Source: a virus
Virus record (IMG/VR): IMGVR_UViG_3300030329_003470
Location: 132,582-196,581 of that record
Length of the DNA stretch: 64,000 nucleotides
Reading direction: 5' to 3' (one strand)
Positions 26,255-33,940 of the stretch are shown here, piece after piece; positions within the stretch are counted from its first letter, which is position 1; the number at the start of each line of letters is the position of its first letter. A model generated the notes under the pieces. The model was not told the DNA's origin, did no database searches, and saw nothing but the letters and a program-made list of their open reading frames with translations. The position numbers and the translations under genes are program-made.

Positions 26255-28039
26255 TTAATTAAAACCAAAATGTGTTACTTCTGGATACTTTGCTATAATT
26301 TTTCTTGCTAGTTCGTTATGATGTTTTACTTGTCTATTATCCCAACCCTCAGGTTTACCGCCACCTATCATAGTTGCTCCTCCTCCAGATCTATCAACTG
26401 TTGTTGGAATTTCTTGTGATGGTTTATCAATATTTTTTTGCAACCATTGTGTAGTTCTTGCTATGAATTCTTTTGCTGGTACAGGTGGTTGATTGTCCTC
26501 AAAGTCTGGATTATAACCCAGTGTGTCAAGGAACTGTCTCATACTTGCGTTGCTCATGTATGGTGTGTCTAGTGGTTCATCGTTTTGCCATCCGTCTGGG
26601 AAAGTCCAAGTCATTTGTTTTTCGTCTTTTGGATCTTTGTAATAAGGTAACATTGATGCACCTTCTCCAAGTCCTGCTAATTTTGTAATTCTGTTTAGTT
26701 CTTGGTTTTCGTTTGCTCTTTTTAATGTATCAGCAACTTCTGGATGTTTTGATAATCCTATTGCAATCGCTTCAATATTTTTTACAGCACTTGTCATATC
26801 GTTTGCATATGTTTTTGCATATGCTTTTGCTTTTGCTATTTGACCAAAAGTAAATTTTTCGCCTGCGTCTTCTCTAAATTTGTCATCTAACCATTCATCA
26901 AAATCTTCTGAATTCATGAAGTCTTGCCAAGTTTTAAATCTTGATTGTATTTCTTTACTTGATGCCCACATACCTCGAGCCGCATCTGCTCTTTCGGCAT
27001 CTGCACTTGGTTCTGATTCTTGTGCAACAGGTTGGCCTTTCATTCTTGCATTTTTAATACCTGCTTTTTCTATTTCTTCTGGTTGTTTTATAACAACAAA
27101 TCTACCACTTGTATCTTGGTCATCAAATTCATATCCAACAGCAGTCATTAAATCTCTAATTGCAAAGTTGTGATCTGATGATCCAAAACCTTCGTCTTCT
27201 GGCCAGTCACTATATTTTTCTTCAACTTCAGCGGCCGCTTCTTTCCATTTGTGTTTTAATAAATCCCATTCTTGAACAGTAATAAACTTTCTCATAATTG
27301 CCATTCTTAAAAGTTCCATGCCTGAGCCAAATGGTGCGTCTTCTTTAATAAATGCTTCTTTAAGTAAACCTAAGTCTATAAGTCTATCTGCAATCCATTC
27401 ATCTGGCATTCCTGTTCTTGCTTTTTGAACACCATATGGCATTTCATCAGGATCACTTGAAAAATAAGCAAATAAATCACTAAAAGCCTCTCCACCATAT
27501 TCAATATCGTATGTACTTTTAACACCGTGTCTGTCTAATATTGCTTTAACGTCCATTGTTGTTTGGTCTTCATTAGTTACTGATTCATCTTTAATTAAAT
27601 CCTGTTGGTGTTTTGCTAATTCACCTGGAGAATCAAAACTTCCTGTATGTTTGCCGTGTCTATAAGAATGGAACTTGCCATCTTTGTGTCTTGCGGCAAG
27701 TCCGTATTTGTTCATGCCTCTGTCTGTGTTATCTTCGCCATCTGTTAAATCTTTTTGTGGTTTCATTAATGATAGATAACCTTCTTGGTCACCGTACATT
27801 TTTTTGAATATCTCTGGATTATGATCTGCTATTTTTTTCATTACATACTCTCTTGGAGCAGTATCTGACTTTTCTATGTGCAGTGCCAAAGATTTAAGCA
27901 TATCTTTATCTAATAGGTCTGCTGATTTAATAAACATACCATAGTCCATTGAATCTGCACCAAGTTCTCTAGCATAGTTTCTAATTACTCTTGATGCTAG
28001 ATTTGAACCTTTATCTTCTTTAAATTCACTAAATCTCAT
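26255..28039 (-). CDS. Modular putative internal head protein (MRFSEFKE...)
   Basis: CTS-like N-terminus; junctions LIKDES, VTNED, FIKED, KFRED; ITKLAGL motif. Confidence 0.6.
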   Translation of the reverse strand: MRFSEFKEDKGSNLASRVIRNYARELGADSMDYGMFIKSADLLDKDMLKSLALHIEKSDTAPREYVMKKIADHNPEIFKKMYGDQEGYLSLMKPQKDLTDGEDNTDRGMNKYGLAARHKDGKFHSYRHGKHTGSFDSPGELAKHQQDLIKDESVTNEDQTTMDVKAILDRHGVKSTYDIEYGGEAFSDLFAYFSSDPDEMPYGVQKARTGMPDEWIADRLIDLGLLKEAFIKEDAPFGSGMELLRMAIMRKFITVQEWDLLKHKWKEAAAEVEEKYSDWPEDEGFGSSDHNFAIRDLMTAVGYEFDDQDTSGRFVVIKQPEEIEKAGIKNARMKGQPVAQESEPSADAERADAARGMWASSKEIQSRFKTWQDFMNSEDFDEWLDDKFREDAGEKFTFGQIAKAKAYAKTYANDMTSAVKNIEAIAIGLSKHPEVADTLKRANENQELNRITKLAGLGEGASMLPYYKDPKDEKQMTWTFPDGWQNDEPLDTPYMSNASMRQFLDTLGYNPDFEDNQPPVPAKEFIARTTQWLQKNIDKPSQEIPTTVDRSGGGATMIGGGKPEGWDNRQVKHHNELARKIIAKYPEVTHFGFN

Positions 28040-28194
28040 TTTACAACCTCATATCTACTGTGTCTACAAACTTCTATTTCGTATTCTCTACCATCGTAAT
28101 CTTGTTCTGTTCTAAACAAAGGACCATCATGTGCGTCATTTCCGCAGTTCAAACATTTTACTATCCATTCTTTTTTAAGAACAAGTGTTTCCAT
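28036..28194 (-). CDS. Small Cys/His protein (52 aa, METLVLKK...CLNCG...H...CRH)
   Basis: Manual translation; ATGA/TAATG overlaps at both ends. Confidence 0.65.
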   Translation of the reverse strand: METLVLKKEWIVKCLNCGNDAHDGPLFRTEQDYDGREYEIEVCRHSRYEVVK

Positions 28195-28478
28195 TATGGG
28201 TAGTTCCTTTTCATTAACGGTCCACCAAACAAACTTACTCCTGATAATTTATGAGCACCTTTGGCTGTACCATCTGGATTTTTTGGTTGTACAATTTTAG
28301 GTAGTTTAGGTGCTTTTGTACCAGAACGTCCTGGTGTGCCTGTGTATGACTTTTTAAATCTATCATCACCTGCCGCAACGTGTGGATTATTAAGTGCCGC
28401 TATGTTACCAGCCGCCGTAGCACCCGCAGTTGCTTGTTCGTTGTTAATTCTACGTATAATTATTTCGTTTATCTTCAT
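28194..28478 (-). CDS. Small protein MKINEI... with ATAGATAAGNIA motif
   Basis: ORF track; TAAATA-N9-ATG. Confidence 0.7.
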   Translation of the reverse strand: MKINEIIIRRINNEQATAGATAAGNIAALNNPHVAAGDDRFKKSYTGTPGRSGTKAPKLPKIVQPKNPDGTAKGAHKLSGVSLFGGPLMKRNYP

Positions 28479-29208
28479 GCTTATTTGTATTTATTAATGC
28501 TGGCTGGCGTTTTAACCAAAAGAAATAAGGGTCTACAAGTATCTGTCCAAACGTTGGGTGTGGTTCGTATGAACTGTGATTATTACATCTTAACATCAAT
28601 ACACGATGCTTTTTTACAATTGGTATATCTATACACGTTGAACCACCAATCCAGTCATTCTCGTATTGTGTTACAAAAGGATAATCTGGTCTATCACCAG
28701 GATCTGCTTCTGGTTTACTTTCAAAATTATCTCCGTATTTTTTTCTAGTTTTTTCTCTTAATTCTTTACAAAGTCTTTTTAACAACGTATCGTTTTCAAA
28801 AAGTTCCGCCGGAATGATACCCACTTTATGAAGTTTTGCCTCTGATAATTTTGTCATAAATCCATTTGAATAATTGTTATCGTGTATTTCAAAGTTTAAC
28901 GATATTTTTTTATTACTGTCATCTAAATTTAGATGATATAACCATATTTTATTTGGTAATTGTATCTCTGGATCAAGTGGTGCAGTTGTTATCTTATTAA
29001 GTCTACGTAGAACCCAGTTTGAATTCTTATGCACATCTGTTGCTACACCGTTTATTATGTTGGCAAATCGTTGTTCAACATTTGGTATATGACTTATATT
29101 TTTATCGAGAACAATCTCGTCAATGAACCTGTTATCTAAAAATAATTTTAATGTGCTTGATTTTTTATAATGTTTGTAAAATAAAGACAATATAAGAACA
29201 TACTTCAT
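28450..29208 (-). CDS. Hypothetical protein, accessory-type
   Basis: ORF track; no motif recognised. Confidence 0.65.
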   Translation of the reverse strand: MKYVLILSLFYKHYKKSSTLKLFLDNRFIDEIVLDKNISHIPNVEQRFANIINGVATDVHKNSNWVLRRLNKITTAPLDPEIQLPNKIWLYHLNLDDSNKKISLNFEIHDNNYSNGFMTKLSEAKLHKVGIIPAELFENDTLLKRLCKELREKTRKKYGDNFESKPEADPGDRPDYPFVTQYENDWIGGSTCIDIPIVKKHRVLMLRCNNHSSYEPHPTFGQILVDPYFFWLKRQPALINTNKHEDKRNNYT

Positions 29209-29225
29209 ATATGTAATTATTTGTA

Positions 29226-29447
29226 TTATCTAAGGTGTAATTTTTTTACGTTCTTGTATTCGTCGCCAGGTTTGACGTCTTTAGTGGTGTTTTGTTTAGT
29301 AATGATTCCAACACCTGCGGCATCTTCATTACCTCTATTGTTGCCAACGTTGATAGGCATCCAATGACTGTTTGCTTTTCGTAATCCTAATGCCTTTGCA
29401 GTATGTGGCATCGCTATCCAGTCTGTTATAATTTCATTTATTTTCAC
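29226..29447 (-). CDS. Small protein (GTG start, MKINEIIT...)
   Basis: Start refined to GTG 29447 overlapping upstream TGA; same N-terminal tag as neighbours. Confidence 0.65.
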   Translation of the reverse strand: MKINEIITDWIAMPHTAKALGLRKANSHWMPINVGNNRGNEDAAGVGIITKQNTTKDVKPGDEYKNVKKLHLR

Positions 29448-30061
29448 CTTACAAATGCTCCAATTCTTCCATGTACATCTGGATACTCTCGATATTTGAA
29501 TCCAGTTGGTGCAGTGGTATCTTCGCCTTCCCATACAGGTATAAATTCAGTTACACCTCCTTCAAAGTCTGGATTGTGTCTTAAATGCACTTCAATTAGT
29601 TTACCACCAATGTATTCGCAATTAACAACGTCATGTTCTCCTACTACTTCTTTTATTACGTCTGGCATATCTACTGTGTCTACAGTTCGTACCCATCGGT
29701 CCCATTTAGTAAATGTATCTTCTTTTTTAAATCCTTCAACGCATAAAGTTTGTTCGCCTTTTTTATAATCTACAGATAAATGTCTGCCATCAAACCATTC
29801 ACACCAAAAAAATCCTGGAGGTATATGTGTTGTAGTTTGTTCAATAAACATTTTTTTTGCACCAATACCTAATCCGTATGCATTAACAACAGGACGTACA
29901 CAGTAGTTTCCGGACTCAGGTACATCTATACCTGCAGGTCCACACTTGTAACCCATTTTACTTGCTAGAATTAATTTGTCTGTAACCCACATAGTATCTG
30001 GGTTTGGATTTTGCCAGTATTGTTCTTCTGGATCTAATTTTGCTACTTCGTATACTCTCAT
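29444..30061 (-). CDS. ATP-grasp-like protein (MRVYEV...)
   Basis: VRP..N..G.G.G, WCEWFDG.HLSVD, EYIGGKLIEVHLR pattern. Confidence 0.6.
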   Translation of the reverse strand: MRVYEVAKLDPEEQYWQNPNPDTMWVTDKLILASKMGYKCGPAGIDVPESGNYCVRPVVNAYGLGIGAKKMFIEQTTTHIPPGFFWCEWFDGRHLSVDYKKGEQTLCVEGFKKEDTFTKWDRWVRTVDTVDMPDVIKEVVGEHDVVNCEYIGGKLIEVHLRHNPDFEGGVTEFIPVWEGEDTTAPTGFKYREYPDVHGRIGAFVR

Positions 30062-30453
30062 TTTTTTGTTTTAACATTTTTGGCTTTGCCACGTCTATTT
30101 GGATTTGGATCTTTTCTACGTTTCCTTGCCGCGGCAGATTTTCTGCCTTTTTTACCTAGTGCGTGTGCTTTGCTTCTTGGTAAACATTTAGGTTTACCTT
30201 CTTTACTTGAACCTCTTGCACAGTCACCTCTAATTTTTCCGTCTGGACCAAAACGAACCCATTTGTCTTTGAACCATTTTTTAAGATTTTCATTTAATGA
30301 TTCATTAAAAACTAAATTGCCACAGTTTACACAAATATCTATATCTTCTCGTTTAACACAGTTAGGTACTCTTTTGCCGAACATGGTTTTCATGCCCTTC
30401 TTTTCGTAACCTTTCCAACAACGTGTGCCTTCTGTTATTTCGTATATCTTCAT
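30058..30453 (-). CDS. Basic Cys-rich two-module protein (MKIYEITE-CWKGY...; LNE-LKKWFKDKW...)
   Basis: Start refined to ATG 30453 (ATGA overlap). Confidence 0.7.
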   Translation of the reverse strand: MKIYEITEGTRCWKGYEKKGMKTMFGKRVPNCVKREDIDICVNCGNLVFNESLNENLKKWFKDKWVRFGPDGKIRGDCARGSSKEGKPKCLPRSKAHALGKKGRKSAAARKRRKDPNPNRRGKAKNVKTKK

Positions 30454-31208
30454 TTCTTTTTCTTTCCTGATTTCATGTTTGCACACCAGTGATACATTTT
30501 TCCTTTTTCGCCACCGGCTTTTTTTGCTTTTGCTCTTAATGATGACACAGATCCTTTACAACTTGCACCTGATCGTTTTACTCTGCCTGGACGACTTTTA
30601 CCTTTAACTTTTCCATCTGCAAAGTTTTCATTTAAATGATGTCTTGCTTGTTTGCCTACGTTTTGTAATGCTTCTGCCCATACACTCATATTAGTAACGA
30701 ATGTTTTAACCATTCCAATAGTTTCTGCATCTTTTAATATTTCGTTTCTACCCTGTGCGGCTGATTCAATATTACAACTTGGTGGCACAGTAAATCCTAA
30801 CATAGTTGCAAAGTTATAACAGTTTCCGTGTATGTGTTGAAATCCATCTCCAGAACCTGATACTATATCTCCAAACACTTTGCCATACATTGGTTTGTAT
30901 TTGTTTACAATACTCCACTCATCAATAAAATCCATTCTTTCAATTATTGCTTGTATGTGACATGAATGTCCGCCCCACCAAATAGGTGTAGCAAATATAA
31001 CACCATCCATATCAAACATTTTACCAATTACAGGACGTAGTCCATCGTCAATATCTTTTATTGAACCTTCATAATCTAAATCTCTGATTGTAACAACTTC
31101 ACACTCGTGGCCTAATTTTTGAAATGCCACTTGAACCATTTGGCATAGTGTAAATGTATTTGATTCTGTGTCCGGTGTTAAACTACCGTTGCAAATTAAA
31201 AATTTCAT
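30450..31208 (-). CDS. Flavodoxin-like / NAD(P)H-dependent FMN reductase fused to basic C-terminal module
   Basis: ICNGSL, VIFATPIWWG, IERMD, SGSGDG; C-terminal K-rich module after HLNE. Confidence 0.8.
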   Translation of the reverse strand: MKFLICNGSLTPDTESNTFTLCQMVQVAFQKLGHECEVVTIRDLDYEGSIKDIDDGLRPVIGKMFDMDGVIFATPIWWGGHSCHIQAIIERMDFIDEWSIVNKYKPMYGKVFGDIVSGSGDGFQHIHGNCYNFATMLGFTVPPSCNIESAAQGRNEILKDAETIGMVKTFVTNMSVWAEALQNVGKQARHHLNENFADGKVKGKSRPGRVKRSGASCKGSVSSLRAKAKKAGGEKGKMYHWCANMKSGKKKK

Positions 31209-31390
31209 TTCTTCGACTTATTACCCCAGTTCTTGGCACCTTTTTTACGACACTGCACCAAGGCTCCTGAAGCATATGCCGAAGGCCAAACTTTATATCT
31301 TGATTTTACTTTGTGATAGCAGGCATCTTTCTTTTCTGCTAGTTTCTCGAATTCTTCTTCTGTAATTCCTGTTACTTCGTTTATCTTCAT
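31205..31390 (-). CDS. Small basic protein (MKINEV...KDACYHKVKSRYKVWPSAYASGALVQCRK)
   Basis: ORF track. Confidence 0.75.
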   Translation of the reverse strand: MKINEVTGITEEEFEKLAEKKDACYHKVKSRYKVWPSAYASGALVQCRKKGAKNWGNKSKK

Positions 31391-31393
31391 GTG

Positions 31394-31774
31394 TTACCAC
31401 TTTCTGCATGACCAATATCTTGCTTTTGTTTTTGGTCCTGGGTTTGCACAGTTGTGACGTGCTCTAAAACTTTTTCTTGCTTTTGGATTAGACTTTCTAA
31501 TTCTCATAGTTTTTCTTTTTGCTGATGTACCGCCATGTCCAAAATTAACTTTTTTAACGTTGCCTGTTTTAGGATCTTTCACATAAACTTTAAATTTTTT
31601 AACATCACCTCTCATAGGTTTGTTAAGTGGAACTTTTCTTCCTTGATATTCTGCTTCAAATAAATCTTTTTCGTCAATACTATAAGCAAGGAATCCATAT
31701 TCTTCGTGAAAATCTTGATTATCTTTTAATGTTATTTCATTGGATATTTTATTAACTATTTCGTTTATTTTCAT
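31394..31774 (-). CDS. Small basic protein (MKINEI...AEYQGRKV...SFRARHNC...ARYWSC)
   Basis: ORF track; TAAATA plus AAGGA SD upstream. Confidence 0.75.
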   Translation of the reverse strand: MKINEIVNKISNEITLKDNQDFHEEYGFLAYSIDEKDLFEAEYQGRKVPLNKPMRGDVKKFKVYVKDPKTGNVKKVNFGHGGTSAKRKTMRIRKSNPKARKSFRARHNCANPGPKTKARYWSCRKW

Positions 31775-31794
31775 AATGTATTCCTTTTACGTAT

Positions 31795-32367
31795 TTATTT
31801 TGTATCCTCGCTTCTTAAAGTAATTACTCCACAGGCTAATCTATCGCCTGCATTACCGGTTTTTAAACTTTCTGCGTCAGTACCCTGCCCTAAATCGTCT
31901 TGTTTTGCGTGTACAACAATACCTCTGCCTACAACTGATCTGTCGCCAATTAAATCAACTCTGTGTGCTTTAATTGTAAATTCAGCAACACCATCATCAC
32001 CTGCATTTATATTGCCTAAATCTCCCACGTGTCCATCGTCTATTCCTCCGTGGTCAACATTGTCCGGATTATAATGAGCACCCATAGATTCACAACCTTT
32101 GCTCATGTCACCAAATTCGTGTATGTGAAATCCGTGATCGCCTTTGGTTAATCCTGTTACACGTCCTTTGATTAGAGTTTTTGTGCCAGGTTTTTGCATG
32201 AATAATATAGTGCCTTTTACTGTATCAGAATGCATTAAGTCGCACTGTGCTATAACAGTTTCTTCTGCTTCTGTTAGTTTATTAACAGATTCACAGGCAC
32301 ACTCAGATGCTTTTGTCCTAGGACAACTTGATTCAATATAGTTAATTTTATCGATGAGATCTCGCAT
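31795..32367 (-). CDS. sodC: Cu/Zn superoxide dismutase with short non-signal N-terminal extension
   Basis: [38 protein letters not shown]; start refined to ATG 32367. Confidence 0.95.
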   Translation of the reverse strand: MRDLIDKINYIESSCPRTKASECACESVNKLTEAEETVIAQCDLMHSDTVKGTILFMQKPGTKTLIKGRVTGLTKGDHGFHIHEFGDMSKGCESMGAHYNPDNVDHGGIDDGHVGDLGNINAGDDGVAEFTIKAHRVDLIGDRSVVGRGIVVHAKQDDLGQGTDAESLKTGNAGDRLACGVITLRSEDTK

Positions 32368-32377
32368 ATGCGAGTAT

Positions 32378-32587
32378 TTATTTAGATTTTGGCATTGGGT
32401 TTTCACCTGTTAGTTTAGGTTTTGCGAACCACAGTTTAAACCATTCATCTGTGCCAGGACGGATATTATGTTTTCTTTGATATTCTGCTTTTTTTGTTCC
32501 ATGAATAGAAAGGTTTTCTCCCATAGAATCTTCTTTTGGTAAATTATCTATGCCTGCTAATTTTTTTAAACGTTCTAAATCTTCCAT
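32378..32587 (-). CDS. Small protein ([10 protein letters not shown]...[11 protein letters not shown])
   Basis: ORF track. Confidence 0.7.
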   Translation of the reverse strand: MEDLERLKKLAGIDNLPKEDSMGENLSIHGTKKAEYQRKHNIRPGTDEWFKLWFAKPKLTGENPMPKSK

Positions 32588-32754
32588 GATCGTAATTGTT
32601 CTTTGGTAGGCTTATGATCTTTTAATTTTTCTACTTTGCCGCCTTTGGCTAAAAACTCTTGCATTTTTTTATCTAACTCTCTTTGTTTTTCTTGTGGTGT
32701 TTTTTCTATGTCACCTGATGCGTAGGCTCTATTGATCCCGCTGAATTTAGGCAT
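32575..32754 (-). CDS. Small protein with EFLAKGGKV motif (SutA RNAP-binding-domain-like), 59 aa
   Basis: Manual translation; fills gap with overlaps at both ends. Confidence 0.6.
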   Translation of the reverse strand: MPKFSGINRAYASGDIEKTPQEKQRELDKKMQEFLAKGGKVEKLKDHKPTKEQLRSWKI

Positions 32755-33940
32755 TTAAATATTCCTTTATTTCTGGCATAATACTACTTATCGTATTTTT
32801 CCTATGTTTATCTCTTCTATTAATTTCACTTACAAATTCTTTCCAATTTGTCGTGTCTTTTTTATTTTTACACATAACAATCAATTTGTCAATTGTTTTG
32901 TTAGTGTTAGCATTTGCAAAAGGTAAATTTTTAACTTTTTCTAATCTTTGTGTTGCTTCATCTAATAAATCTTGTGGTAAGTTTGTGGGTTGAAAATAAT
33001 CAGGACTTCTCAGAATATAAAGATAATTTAAATAATTGTTTTGTGATATCCAATTCAATAATTTGTCTATTACCATTACGTTGATATTGCTTACAACTGT
33101 ATTAATAGTAAATTTTATTTTTTCTTTTTTTAATACTTCAAATGTATCTAATATTTTGCTCCATTGGCTAGGAAATCTAACATATTCATTGTCTGTGTTG
33201 TATGCATCTATACTGATAGTTAATTTTGTGTTTTTAAACTTTCTAAATATATCTAACCAATCTTGGTCTGGTAAAATTGTTCCATTTGTTTGAATTTTTA
33301 AAGTTATTTTTTTTGTTAACTTCTCATCAGTTTGTTTTAATATTTTTTTAATTTCAGGAACCAACAATGTTTCCCCACCTCTTATATCTAAAAATAAAAG
33401 ATTTTTTGACAAAATAGATTCAACTGCTTTTGCACTGTGTACTACAAACTTTGTATAATCAATTTGAGGATTTTCACTTATACCTAACATTTTGTTCTCA
33501 GAATGATATTGACTGCTATCACGTTCATTACAAGTCAGGCATTTTAAGTTACACAAATTGCTAATATGAACTTCAACATATAATGGATCTGATGGTTTAT
33601 CAAGTTTTAGACTTTTAAGTATTTGTGGATAATATTCAATATCTTGATCGTTTTTTATATAATAATATTGGTTATATTGTTTTCTATGACTTTCACCTGT
33701 TTTTGCTTCTTGATAATAACACACACGACAGTCGTCTATTTTTTCACCATTTAACATTTTATTTCTTAAATTTTTTACGTATGCTGATTGAAAAAACTCT
33801 TTTTGTGATTCTGATTTTATGTTACTGTTTCTTTTTAGGATATTACAACAAACATTATTTTGTCCATCAACACGTGTCGTAACGTTTACAAATGGTTGTA
33901 TACAGAAATGTTTATTTGGTTTGTTTTCCATAGTTGTCAA
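32747..33940 (-). CDS. Radical SAM protein with N-terminal SPASM/twitch-like cluster (paralog 4)
   Basis: FCIQPF...VCC, CRVC, CNLKCLTC, IRGGET. Confidence 0.88.
   Translation of the reverse strand: MTTMENKPNKHFCIQPFVNVTTRVDGQNNVCCNILKRNSNIKSESQKEFFQSAYVKNLRNKMLNGEKIDDCRVCYYQEAKTGESHRKQYNQYYYIKNDQDIEYYPQILKSLKLDKPSDPLYVEVHISNLCNLKCLTCNERDSSQYHSENKMLGISENPQIDYTKFVVHSAKAVESILSKNLLFLDIRGGETLLVPEIKKILKQTDEKLTKKITLKIQTNGTILPDQDWLDIFRKFKNTKLTISIDAYNTDNEYVRFPSQWSKILDTFEVLKKEKIKFTINTVVSNINVMVIDKLLNWISQNNYLNYLYILRSPDYFQPTNLPQDLLDEATQRLEKVKNLPFANANTNKTIDKLIVMCKNKKDTTNWKEFVSEINRRDKHRKNTISSIMPEIKEYLNA

Noticed and set aside
29448-29534. Track-extended N-termini (also 3041, 8695, 26268, 30486, 32406, 39230, 45205, 50170)
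   Set aside because: They overlap upstream genes heavily; downstream starts fit SD, promoter, overlap geometry and homolog-like N-termini better
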